Shown piece after piece: positions 29,025 to 38,173 of a stretch of DNA of 64,000 nucleotides. The position numbers and the translations under genes were made by a program. The stretch is from Gammaproteobacteria bacterium. GTDB lineage: Bacteria > Pseudomonadota > Gammaproteobacteria > SZUA-140. Every line of letters begins with the position of its first letter. Position 1 is the stretch's first letter. The notes beneath the pieces were generated by a model, which was given only the letters and a program-made list of their open reading frames with translations, ran no database searches and was not told the DNA's origin. The stretch lies in the NCBI GenBank assembly GCA_016124415.1, contig WGNS01000004.1, positions 3,926 through 67,925 of the forward strand, read 5' to 3'.

Positions 29025-31115
29025 TCATTTCGGTGGCTCGTTGTCCTGAGCCAACGGTATTCGTAGTGTAAAACAGGAACCCTCGCCTAGGCGACTTTTG
29101 ACGGTGATGTCTCCATCCTGCTGTCTCAGGAACTGTCGGGCTTCGAAGACACCGATGCCCATATTCCCTCGGCCTTTTGTGCTTGCGAACGGCCGGAACA
29201 ACCGGTCGCGGATAAAAGCGCTGTCCATTCCGGCTCCGGTATCCGAGATCTCGATGACGGCGAAACGATGCTCCCGGCGCAAATCGACGTGGATTTCTCC
29301 TTCGTCGTGTGTCGCGTCCTGAGCGTTCTGGATGATGTGGGACAAAACCATCACCAGGCGCTGGCGGTCGACATTGACCTCGAGCCCCTCCTCCAATATC
29401 GCCAACTGAGGTTGCGGACGCTGGCCGGACTTCATATTCACGGCCTCACGCGCGATTTCGGACAACTTGACCAGGGACGACTCGTCGCCCTTTTTCCATC
29501 CGGATTTCAGCTTGTGCAACAACGCATTCATCTGGTCCACTGAGTTATCGACCGTCGCAATCATATCCTTCACAAATTCAGGGTCGTCTCCGTGGCGCTT
29601 GGCATTTTGCACGAGCATCGAAAGCTGGGAAACCAGGTTCTTGAGATCATGGATGATAAAGGCCGAAAGCTGGTTGAAGGCCTCGAACTGGCGCGCATCA
29701 ACTAAGGCTCGGGCGGCTTCGGCCTGCGCAAGGTAGGTGGCCGCCTGCATGCCCGCGGTCTTGATGACGTCACGATCCTCCCAGTCGATCCGGTGCGGCG
29801 ACTTGGGCTGTTTGATCGCGACGATGGCCAATAGCGAACCGTGATGAAACAATGGGATCAAGAGCCATGCCCAGCGGTTCATCAGCATATATTCCGGCAC
29901 CGCAAGCCCATCGTAGCGTTCGGGCTCATCGACGAGCTCATTGAGGTCCATCACCCATTCCGTGCGCTCGAAGAACTCGATCAAGGGGTCGTTCGCGGTA
30001 ATGTCATCGAGCGCGTCGTCGCATACGACGTCTACGCTCCGCCGCAGCACATAGGTTCCGCCACCGTCATTGACCCAAAGCGCGCCGCCGTCGCAATCCA
30101 CGGTATTGGCGAGGGCGCGCAGCACGCGCTCGCTCAGAGAGACCGCGTCATCCTGGCTGTCCAAGGCGCGCGTGAAACCCAGCCATTCCCCCCGATAATC
30201 GTAGCGAAAACTGTAAAAATGTTTGCTGATGAAGACCTTGGCTTTGGCCCTGGCGCGTTCCGACAACAACAACATCGTCAGGAAAAGCGCTGCCGCAGAG
30301 ATGAAGACGGTCTGCGCGAACCCGCCCCAACTCCCGCCCAGGTAACGGATGTAGTATCCACCCGCCGCCATGACCATGAGATAGATTCCTGCGCCGATAA
30401 AGGTCGTCGAATGGTAGACGACACTCCGCGAGACATGGATGTCGACGGACCACTTCGGGTTCCTCGCCGCCGAAACCGCGATCAAGGGAACCACCATTGC
30501 GTTGATCACGCCGCGGGCATCCCAAAAGCCTTGATCCACATGGCTGTATAGCAAGGCCTCGGAATAGAGCACGAAGTCGTAGGCAAAGATCGCCCCGACC
30601 CCATAACACAGAGTCTTGATGTCTCGACGAGTACTGCCCGGCGCCTTGCGATAAACTTGCTCCACCAATACGAGACCGACGATCGCGAACGCCATCGCCC
30701 CGAAGAGGGCCAACGAGTGTGCCGACGCGGCCCAGCTCGCGCGATCGCCGTAATCGACGGTTAAAACGATCGCCGCGAACAGCAATGCCACCACACCGGT
30801 CAGCGCCAATGGTCGCCGCAAGGCGCGCTCGCGCCATTCGTCCTTGCCGAACACCAACAACGCAAAGAACGCAATCCACAACAGGTCCCTGATCGCCTCC
30901 GCCGCGTTCATCAGCGACGGCAGCCAGTCCGTCGCCTCGGGCATGTAGCAGAACATCGCCGAAACCAGTCCCCACAAACTCGAAAAAACGGCGGCAAGCA
31001 CCAGAACGGCGCCTTGCAGGCGACCTCGCCACGCAGTGCCCAGCAGGATCGCCAATGCAGCGAACGCCGCTGCAGCCAGCCCGTAACTCAGGACACAGGT
31101 CTCTTGTAGACTCAT
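29025..31115 (-). CDS. prsK: XrtA/PEP-CTERM system sensor histidine kinase
   Basis: 696 aa. It has about 8 N-terminal TM helices, a GAF-like middle, the H-box FIIHDLKNLVSQL, and the HATPase motifs QNAQDAT and SDTGAGM. Confidence 0.85.
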   Translation of the reverse strand: MSLQETCVLSYGLAAAAFAALAILLGTAWRGRLQGAVLVLAAVFSSLWGLVSAMFCYMPEATDWLPSLMNAAEAIRDLLWIAFFALLVFGKDEWRERALRRPLALTGVVALLFAAIVLTVDYGDRASWAASAHSLALFGAMAFAIVGLVLVEQVYRKAPGSTRRDIKTLCYGVGAIFAYDFVLYSEALLYSHVDQGFWDARGVINAMVVPLIAVSAARNPKWSVDIHVSRSVVYHSTTFIGAGIYLMVMAAGGYYIRYLGGSWGGFAQTVFISAAALFLTMLLLSERARAKAKVFISKHFYSFRYDYRGEWLGFTRALDSQDDAVSLSERVLRALANTVDCDGGALWVNDGGGTYVLRRSVDVVCDDALDDITANDPLIEFFERTEWVMDLNELVDEPERYDGLAVPEYMLMNRWAWLLIPLFHHGSLLAIVAIKQPKSPHRIDWEDRDVIKTAGMQAATYLAQAEAARALVDARQFEAFNQLSAFIIHDLKNLVSQLSMLVQNAKRHGDDPEFVKDMIATVDNSVDQMNALLHKLKSGWKKGDESSLVKLSEIAREAVNMKSGQRPQPQLAILEEGLEVNVDRQRLVMVLSHIIQNAQDATHDEGEIHVDLRREHRFAVIEISDTGAGMDSAFIRDRLFRPFASTKGRGNMGIGVFEARQFLRQQDGDITVKSRLGEGSCFTLRIPLAQDNEPPK

Positions 31116-31386
31116 GCGAATACTCTAGGTATAAAAATCGGTTTCTAAAAACATCGGCACCACGATATCAGGGCCGGCGACGGGACGCCAAAAGCATAGC
31201 GGCATTCCGCCCTGAAGCTCTAACGCCATCCAGTCGAATGCAGGATCTTATATTCAAGATAATGGCGAGAATATCGATAACCTATGTTATATATCGAACC
31301 GGAAGTTGCGTCACACGCCGAGCCGGCCGAAATACTCTTGAAGCCCGCGATTCGGCGCATTTTGACCGCAACGCGCCCCAGATGCC

Positions 31387-32205
31387 ATGGCCTCAAACCC
31401 GTCCGAAACCATGAACGATTCGATCCAGACAAACATCGACAGACATGAAGTGCGGTTGTTCGATATCCCGATCGCCGGCGTGACTCCGGACGTCGCCGTG
31501 GACATCGTGGAACAGGCGATCATCAACAGACGCAAGCTCCATATCGGAGTAGTCAACGCCGCCAAGATCGTCAACATGGGCAAGAATCCGGAACTCCGGG
31601 ACAGCGTCCTGGAATCGGACATCATCTTTGCCGACGGCATGTCCGTGGTCTGGGCCAGCAAGATCCTCGGAACGCCGCTACCCTCGCGCGTAACCGGAAT
31701 CGACCTGATGTTCGGCCTGCTCGAACGGGCCGACCGCGCGCGCTATCGCGTCTATCTGCTCGGTGCCACGGACGAGGTGCTGAATAAGGTCCGGGAAAAT
31801 ATCGCGCGGGATTACCCGGGCTGTGTCGTCGCCGGCTTACATAACGGCTATTTTTCCGCCGACGAAGAGGAAGTCATCGCCACGGACATCAAGCGATCTC
31901 AAGCCGACATTCTCCTGGTGGCGATCACGTCGCCGAAAAAAGAAAACTTCATGGCACGTTGGGCGCATTTGATCGATGCGCCTATCTGCCACGGCGTGGG
32001 CGGTTCCTTCGACGTCTACGCCGGCAAGGTAAAAAGGGCACCGATCCTGTGGCAGAAACTGGGGTTGGAATGGTTGTATCGAGTCATTCAGGAACCCGGA
32101 CGCATGTGGAAACGCTATCTGTTCACAAACAGCGAATTCATCTCAATGATCGTCAAGGCCCTCATGAAAAAACGGCCGGCCGACAGCCGGGAACACCGTC
32201 CCTGA
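31387..32205 (+). CDS. WecG/TagA/CpsF-family glycosyltransferase (GT26; ManNAc/ManNAcA transferase type)
   Basis: 272 aa. Motifs seen: DGMSVVWASKILG, RVYLLGA, GVGGSFDVYAGKVKRAP and GLEWLYRVIQEPGRMWKRY. Confidence 0.85.
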   Translation: MASNPSETMNDSIQTNIDRHEVRLFDIPIAGVTPDVAVDIVEQAIINRRKLHIGVVNAAKIVNMGKNPELRDSVLESDIIFADGMSVVWASKILGTPLPSRVTGIDLMFGLLERADRARYRVYLLGATDEVLNKVRENIARDYPGCVVAGLHNGYFSADEEEVIATDIKRSQADILLVAITSPKKENFMARWAHLIDAPICHGVGGSFDVYAGKVKRAPILWQKLGLEWLYRVIQEPGRMWKRYLFTNSEFISMIVKALMKKRPADSREHRP

Positions 32206-32239
32206 ATTTCAACCGGGCAGAGGCATTCCCGCCCGCCGC

Positions 32240-32977
32240 CTACAGACTCAGGCGCTTGAAAACGGTCTCCGGGACATTCCTGATGATCAGCATGATCCAG
32301 CGCCAAAAGAAAGGCGTATAGATCTCCGCTTTCCCGCCTTCGATCGCGCGCACGATATCCCCCGCCACGCGTTCGGGCTTGGCCCACAACAGCCCTTTTT
32401 TGAATGCCGCCGTCATGGGCGTATCCACGAATCCCGGCTTGATGTCGAGGACGTTCACGCCCGATTTGAAAAGCCGGTTCCGGAGACCCTGCAAGAAGGT
32501 CGACACCATCTTTTTGGCGGCGCCGTACACATAATTGGACTGCCTGCCACGATCGCCCGCCACGCTTGTGATCACCGCGATCGTGCCCTGTTTTTGCCGT
32601 TCCATCCTGTTGGCGATCAGCGTCAGCAGCTCGATCGTACTGAGGGCGTTGATGTTGATTTCGCGCAACGCCGTTTCAACGTCGCGCTCGCAGGCCTTTT
32701 GATCCGGCAGCGTTCCATGGGCGATCAGCACGATGTCGACCTGTTCCATATCTGCGAACGCCCGTGTCACCATGGATTCACAATCCTTCCTATCGCCCGC
32801 ATCCCACACGTCGAAGGCGGTGGAATGCGCGCCTCGTATCTTCAAGTCGTCCGCGATAACGGCCAACCGCTCCCGGTTGCGCGCGAACAGGTACAAATTG
32901 TCTCCGCGCTCGGCAAACCGCCTGGCCGTCGCCTCCGCGATCGCGGAGGTCGCCCCGAAAATCATGACGTTACGCAT
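32240..32977 (-). CDS. dprE2: Short-chain dehydrogenase, DprE2-like (polyprenylphospho-2-keto-pentofuranose 2-reductase)
   Basis: The track ORF extends to 33109. I prefer ATG 32977 (MRNVMIFGATSAIAEATARRF), 4 nt after the upstream stop. The SDR Gly motif is present. The C-terminal GGKAEIYTPFFWRWIMLIIRNVPETVFKRLSL aligns, from my memory of the sequence, with M. tuberculosis Rv3791 ...[32 protein letters not shown]. Confidence 0.8.
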   Translation of the reverse strand: MRNVMIFGATSAIAEATARRFAERGDNLYLFARNRERLAVIADDLKIRGAHSTAFDVWDAGDRKDCESMVTRAFADMEQVDIVLIAHGTLPDQKACERDVETALREININALSTIELLTLIANRMERQKQGTIAVITSVAGDRGRQSNYVYGAAKKMVSTFLQGLRNRLFKSGVNVLDIKPGFVDTPMTAAFKKGLLWAKPERVAGDIVRAIEGGKAEIYTPFFWRWIMLIIRNVPETVFKRLSL

Positions 32978-32981
32978 TGCC

Positions 32982-34289
32982 CTATAACCCCAGTCTTTGT
33001 GATTGCAAGGAATTGAATATCTTGTCCGCGCCGTAGCGGACGCGGGTTTCGATAAATCGGTCAACCCTGGGATAGCCGCGCCGGAAACACTCACGGGACA
33101 TGCGCGCATCCTTGGTCAGATAGATCCGCCCGCCGTAAGCGGCCAGAATGTCGTCCAGCTCATCCAAAAACGCGAACAACCCCGCGTCGATCTTGAAATC
33201 GAGCGCCAGCGTATAGCCGCCCATGGGAAAGGAAAGATCGTTCCCGTTTTCCTTTCCGAACACCTTGAGCACCGACAAGAATGAGCCGCGTCCCGAGCCG
33301 GCGATCCGTTCCAAAATGACTTTCATGCCCTCGAGACCGTTGTCCTTGGGCAACACGAACTGATATTGGGTAAATCCCTTGCTGCCGTAAATGCGGTTCC
33401 ATTGATGGATGCCGTCCAACGGATAAAAAAACGGATCGTAGTGCACGGTCCGGGTCGTGAGCGGCTGACTGACCCGATGGTAATAAAGCGTATTGAAGGC
33501 CCAGACCGAATACCGGTTCAGCAGGAAAGCCGGCATGTTGACGGGCACCGAGACCCTCCCCTCATGATGAACGGCCAACCCGCCGCTCTCGGCATGCTCC
33601 CCGAGCATGATCAGCGAACGTCCCAAGTCCTTGCCGGTTGAAACGCAATCGATCCAGGCGACCGAGTAGGTGGCATCCCCGTTGTCGTCGAAGATCGCGA
33701 CCGCCTCGTCGATATTCGCGGCCTTGATCGTACGTTCCTCGATCATGCTGCTTTTGATCGCCTTGAGCGTGACGACCGCCTCGAGGATCACGCCGGTCAG
33801 GCCCATGCCGCCACAGGTGGCATGAAAAAGTGCTGGGTGAACGCTGCGCGAACAATCGACGATGCCCTCGCTCACGGTCGCGATACGGATCAGACTGACA
33901 TGATCCGTGAAGGTACCGTCGACATGGTGGTTCTTGCCGTGTACGTCGCTGGCGATCGCGCCTCCTACCGTCACGAATTTGGTGCCGGGCGTAACCGGCA
34001 GGAACCAGCCCTTGGGAACGAAGACTCTCAGGATCTGATCCAGACTGGCCCCGGCCCTGCACCGAAGCTGCCCTGTGGTCTCATCGAAACTGACGAAGTG
34101 ATCCATTGCGCCCATGCCGATGACCGACTCGGCCAGCGAACTGTCGCCATAGCTCCTCCCCAGGCCACGGGCAATCATCGTACGTCCGAGTTCGGGGCTT
34201 CTGATCAAGGCGGTCACGTCGCGATCCGCGAGCGGCATCGCGACCTCGGCGTCGACCGACGGATACTGACCCCATCCGGATAATTTCAC
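32982..34289 (-). CDS. dprE1: FAD-dependent oxidoreductase, DprE1-like (polyprenylphospho-ribofuranose 2'-oxidase)
   Basis: 435 aa with a GTG start. Blocks shared with my recollection of Rv3790: ARGLGRSYGD, TVGGAIASDVHGKNHH, GGMGLTGVI, GFTQYQFVLP, SFLSVLKVFG, GGRIYLTKDARM, YPRVD. Confidence 0.85.
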   Translation of the reverse strand: MKLSGWGQYPSVDAEVAMPLADRDVTALIRSPELGRTMIARGLGRSYGDSSLAESVIGMGAMDHFVSFDETTGQLRCRAGASLDQILRVFVPKGWFLPVTPGTKFVTVGGAIASDVHGKNHHVDGTFTDHVSLIRIATVSEGIVDCSRSVHPALFHATCGGMGLTGVILEAVVTLKAIKSSMIEERTIKAANIDEAVAIFDDNGDATYSVAWIDCVSTGKDLGRSLIMLGEHAESGGLAVHHEGRVSVPVNMPAFLLNRYSVWAFNTLYYHRVSQPLTTRTVHYDPFFYPLDGIHQWNRIYGSKGFTQYQFVLPKDNGLEGMKVILERIAGSGRGSFLSVLKVFGKENGNDLSFPMGGYTLALDFKIDAGLFAFLDELDDILAAYGGRIYLTKDARMSRECFRRGYPRVDRFIETRVRYGADKIFNSLQSQRLGL

Positions 34290-34694
34290 CTAGGCAGCCT
34301 CACGCACGACGAACACGAATCGCTTGTCCAACTGGTACTTGATGAAATAGCCGATGGCCAGTCCGAGGACCGCGCCGACGTAGCGCATTTCCTTTGAGCC
34401 GAAGACGTGATCGAAGCCCAGCTCGAAACCCCAAAATATGACCGTCGTAACCACACCCATGATCGTATAGAGCACGAAGGTCTGCGAATCGTGGGCGACG
34501 TCCCTGACCTGAAAGCGGAAAATGAATTTCTTGTCGAGGACGTATTTCACGACCAAACCCACCGCTGTCCCGACGATCATGGACAAATAAACCGAGTAGG
34601 CGCCCGCGTAGATGTTGATGGAAACGTCCTGAGACACGATGTTCGCCAGCGTCGATAAAATGGCGAACAACGTGTAGTTGAACACAAGCTTCAT
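34290..34694 (-). CDS. GtrA-family small membrane protein (Rv3789-like)
   Basis: The track ORF extends to 34811. I prefer ATG 34694, which forms an ATGA overlap with the upstream GT4 stop. The protein has 134 aa and 4 TM helices, and reads MKLVFNYTLFAILSTLANIVSQ...VKYVLDKKFIFRF...IKYQLDKRFVF (duplicated GtrA motif). Confidence 0.8.
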   Translation of the reverse strand: MKLVFNYTLFAILSTLANIVSQDVSINIYAGAYSVYLSMIVGTAVGLVVKYVLDKKFIFRFQVRDVAHDSQTFVLYTIMGVVTTVIFWGFELGFDHVFGSKEMRYVGAVLGLAIGYFIKYQLDKRFVFVVREAA

Positions 34695-35848
34695 GCGCCC
34701 TCGCTCTCCCGTCGGAAATCGGCGATAACCGATTCGTAAACCGCCATATGTTTCGCCGCAACCACGTCGGGATGAAAGCGCGCCTCGGCAATCTCGCGCG
34801 AGCGTGCGCACATGGACGCGTAGCGCTCGTCGGACTCGATGATTCGAACCAGCGCCTCGGCGATCTCACCGGTGTCGTTCGGATCGACGAGATATCCCGA
34901 CGTCCCTTCCTCGACCATGAAAGGCATGCCGCAGAGATTCGAGGTCACCACCGGAACCCGCATGGCCATGGCCTCGGCGATGACCATGGGCGCGTTCTCC
35001 TGATACGACGGCAGCAACAGGATGGATGCCTTGCCGAGTTCGTCGAGCAGCATCTGATGGTTGATATGACCGATGAGGCGGACCCGATCGCCGAGCTTGC
35101 GTTCGCGGATCAGGTCGTTGACCTGCTGCAGATAGGCGGCCTCCTTTTCCTGTCCCGCAATAATCAATTCGGCCTCGTGTCCCCTTGCGATCAATTTGGC
35201 AAAGGCGCGAATGCTGCCCAAAGTGTTTTTGCGCTCGCTGACCCAACCGACGCAAAGGATTCTGCGCACCAAAGCAGCCTGTCTCGGCGTCTCGAAGAAC
35301 CGCAAATCCAAAGGATTGTCGATCGGATGGATGATCGCGTGCGTCAGTTTGCGGATCATGGCCTCGACATAGGGTGAGATCGAGATGATGTGATTGAGCC
35401 TGACCAGCGCGGCGGCTTCGACCTTGCCCCAGACGAAGGAACGCAGGTGTTTCATGCGTTCGTCGCCGGCAACGATATTGGCGTGATCGAAACCGTGCAG
35501 GGTGAAGACGTGCGGAAACGGAATACCGTCCAGGAACAGCCCGTGGGTCTCATGGGAGTGGACGATGTCCGGTTTCAGTTCGCGGATCTTTTCGATCAGA
35601 CGCCGTCGTCCCGGTCCGCAGAGGATATCCACGATCTGGGGCCAACCCGGATCGGGAAGACGATGAACCCGGATATCGTTATCCAGTTCCTCCACCGCTT
35701 CCTTGAGCCCTCGCTCCAAGGTCACCACATGAACCTCGTTCCCCGGCAGGCGGGCCATGGCCCGGGCGAGATTCACGGTTACCGACTCGACCCCGCCCTT
35801 GGGACGATCGAAGTCGGAGGGATAGCGGCTGTGCAATACGATGCGCAT
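34691..35848 (-). CDS. Glycosyltransferase family 4
   Basis: 385 aa. N-terminal GGVESVTVNLARAM and C-terminal LLPSYQENAPMVIAEAMAMRVPVVTSN (E-x7-E). Confidence 0.8.
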   Translation of the reverse strand: MRIVLHSRYPSDFDRPKGGVESVTVNLARAMARLPGNEVHVVTLERGLKEAVEELDNDIRVHRLPDPGWPQIVDILCGPGRRRLIEKIRELKPDIVHSHETHGLFLDGIPFPHVFTLHGFDHANIVAGDERMKHLRSFVWGKVEAAALVRLNHIISISPYVEAMIRKLTHAIIHPIDNPLDLRFFETPRQAALVRRILCVGWVSERKNTLGSIRAFAKLIARGHEAELIIAGQEKEAAYLQQVNDLIRERKLGDRVRLIGHINHQMLLDELGKASILLLPSYQENAPMVIAEAMAMRVPVVTSNLCGMPFMVEEGTSGYLVDPNDTGEIAEALVRIIESDERYASMCARSREIAEARFHPDVVAAKHMAVYESVIADFRRESEGA

Positions 35849-35852
35849 GGAA

Positions 35853-37076
35853 TCAGTTTTCCCGTCCGTCGGTCAGGCATTCAAAATGGCGCCGCCAACG
35901 CTCGGCGATCACACCGACGTCACAACGCGCCCTGGCCACGGTCGAGGCCGCAACCGAAAGGCGCTCGCACAGCCCCGGCGTCTTCAGCACCTCGGTCACT
36001 CGCGCTGAAAATTCTGAAACATCGGCGTCGGGAACGACATAGCCGGTCTCCCCGTCGATCACGATATCCTTCAGGTCCCCGACGTCGAACACGATGGGCA
36101 CCGCGCCGGCGCACATGGCCTCCATCAAGGCAATGGACAGACCCTCCCATCGCGAGGTGATCGCGAAGATGCGGGTATCGAGCAAATAGTCATAGACGTT
36201 CTTGACCTGGCCGACCATATCGATGCGTTCCGCCAGTCCGCGAGCCGCGATATTGCCGGCCACTTCCTTAAACAACGGGCCGTCGCCGATCATCCGCGCC
36301 CGTATATCGGGACACCGGTCCGCCGCCCGCGCCACCACGTCGACAAAACCGTCCGGCCGCTTGTATTCGGACATCCGTCCGACGAAGGTGATATCGACGG
36401 AACGCTCGCCGTCGTCCGCGCCCTTGAGCTTCGCAGTATCCACGCTGCCCGTAATGATCTCGATCCGCCAGGGTCGGGAGTGCCGTTCCACGTAGGCCCT
36501 CGCCTGCGTGCCCCTGACGATGACCGAATCGAACTCGCTCGTCACGGCATGGGCCAGACGCTCGATCAGCCGCGACGGCCCCTGAAGCGCGACCAACAAT
36601 TTGTTTTCCGCCCCCCAGCCGCCGCCCTCGATTTCGAGCTGACCGGAGGTCACCTGAAAACTCGAAAGCCGGCCGAACAACCGCGCCAAAACCAAGGCGG
36701 AAACGGCGGCGGGAAATATATGGTAGCCCATGTAGAGATCCGGCCGGACCCGGAAACTGTGCAGCAGGCCCCAAATGAATTTTGCCCCCGCACGGGAGAA
36801 CAGCTTGTTCAACAGTGGGGGCGGACAGAGATAGACCAGACGTTCCAGTTCGTCCACGGGTTCGTCGCAAACCAGATAGACCCGGTCGACGCCCGAACGG
36901 GTCAGCGGCGTGACGTGCGCATGAAACCAGTTGGGATTGTGGAAGGTGCCGACGACCATGATCTCGCGCACGCCTTCGCGACGGCCGAACGGCTTAAGCA
37001 CCTTTGAGATCAGGACCGCAAGCCCATACACCGCCGTCAGTACGCCGACGGCCGTTACCCGCTTCATCACCCGCAC
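35853..37076 (-). CDS. Glycosyltransferase family 4 with N-terminal membrane anchor
   Basis: 407 aa. N-terminal TM VTAVGVLTAVYGLAVLI and C-terminal TSRWEGLSIALMEAMCAGAVPIVFDVGD. Confidence 0.75.
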   Translation of the reverse strand: MRVMKRVTAVGVLTAVYGLAVLISKVLKPFGRREGVREIMVVGTFHNPNWFHAHVTPLTRSGVDRVYLVCDEPVDELERLVYLCPPPLLNKLFSRAGAKFIWGLLHSFRVRPDLYMGYHIFPAAVSALVLARLFGRLSSFQVTSGQLEIEGGGWGAENKLLVALQGPSRLIERLAHAVTSEFDSVIVRGTQARAYVERHSRPWRIEIITGSVDTAKLKGADDGERSVDITFVGRMSEYKRPDGFVDVVARAADRCPDIRARMIGDGPLFKEVAGNIAARGLAERIDMVGQVKNVYDYLLDTRIFAITSRWEGLSIALMEAMCAGAVPIVFDVGDLKDIVIDGETGYVVPDADVSEFSARVTEVLKTPGLCERLSVAASTVARARCDVGVIAERWRRHFECLTDGREN

Positions 37077-37241
37077 GGACCGACGCCCCTCATCGCCCGG
37101 CGAAAACCCAATCGATTAATCCGCACATCCAACATTTTGTCGCAACTTAGTCTTCAATACACCGTTTGCCGCCGATAAGGCGTGTGGACATGACCTGACG
37201 GCTCCCCGATAATCCTGCTTCCTCACAGCCCAGAGAACCGA

Positions 37242-38063
37242 ATGGACCTACTACTCATATTCAAGGCCTTTATTATCAGCGTCATCGAAGGCCTAACCGA
37301 GTTTCTGCCCGTATCCAGCACTGGTCATATGATTATTGCCGGGGATCTCTTACGGTTCAATGACGATATCGGCAAGGCCTTTGAAATCGTGATCCAACTC
37401 GGCGCCATCCTGGCGATCTGTTGGGAATACCGCGTCCGCCTGCTCGGTGTCACGCGAGGCCTCGGAAGAGACGCTGCCGCCAACCGCTTTGTCTTCAATC
37501 TCTTCGTCGCCTTCCTGCCTGTCGCCGTCGTCGGGTTGTTGTTCAACAAGGCCATCAAGGCCCACCTCTTCCAGCCCTTCACGGTCGCGATCGCCTTCAT
37601 CATCGGCGGCCTGATCATCTACTGGGTCGAGAAAAAGCGCGCCTACCGGCCACACATCCACGAAGTCGAGGCCATGACCTGGGTCGACGCGCTCAAGGTC
37701 GGACTGGCCCAGGTCGTCTCGCTGATCCCGGGCACCTCGCGCTCGGGCGCCACGATCATCGGCGGCATGCTGTTCGGCCTGTCGCGTCAGGCCGCCACCG
37801 AGTTCTCGTTCTTCCTCGCCATCCCGGTTATGGTTGCCGCCTCGGGCTACGACCTATACAAGCATTGGGACGTCATGGACACGCAACAGGTCGGAATCTT
37901 CGCGATCGGTTTCGTTACCGCCTTCGTCAGCGCCTTCATCGCGACCAAGGCGCTCGTTCAGTTCGTCGCCAGGCATTCCTTCATGGTCTTCGCCTGGTAC
38001 CGCATCGCGTTCGGCGCCTTGCTGCTGATCTATTACCGGGCCGATCTTTTCCAGGCGCTTTGA
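37242..38063 (+). CDS. uppP: Undecaprenyl-diphosphate phosphatase
   Basis: 273 aa with the BacA signatures [19 protein letters not shown] and [13 protein letters not shown]. Confidence 0.95.
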   Translation: MDLLLIFKAFIISVIEGLTEFLPVSSTGHMIIAGDLLRFNDDIGKAFEIVIQLGAILAICWEYRVRLLGVTRGLGRDAAANRFVFNLFVAFLPVAVVGLLFNKAIKAHLFQPFTVAIAFIIGGLIIYWVEKKRAYRPHIHEVEAMTWVDALKVGLAQVVSLIPGTSRSGATIIGGMLFGLSRQAATEFSFFLAIPVMVAASGYDLYKHWDVMDTQQVGIFAIGFVTAFVSAFIATKALVQFVARHSFMVFAWYRIAFGALLLIYYRADLFQAL

Positions 38064-38096
38064 GCGCCGGTCCGTACAGCGTTTCGAGGCCACGGA

Positions 38097-38125
38097 TTGG
38101 CCGTGCCGCCCATCCTCTATATACT
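38097..38125 (+). promoter_or_regulatory. Candidate sigma-70 promoter for purD
   Basis: TTGGCC (38097-38102), a 17-bp spacer, then TATACT (38120-38125), about 50 nt upstream of ATG 38174. Pattern match only. Confidence 0.3.
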
Positions 38126-38173
38126 CCAACGTTTCCGTTGAACTTTTTCGAGCAAATACCCCTAAGTTAAATC

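Noticed and set aside
38126-38139. PurR-box-like sequence CCAACGTTTCCGTT just downstream of the candidate purD promoter
   Set aside because: It matches about 9 of 11 core positions of the E. coli PUR box as I remember it. PurR-type regulation is restricted to a few gammaproteobacterial orders and I cannot place this organism there. A half-palindrome alone is not sufficient.
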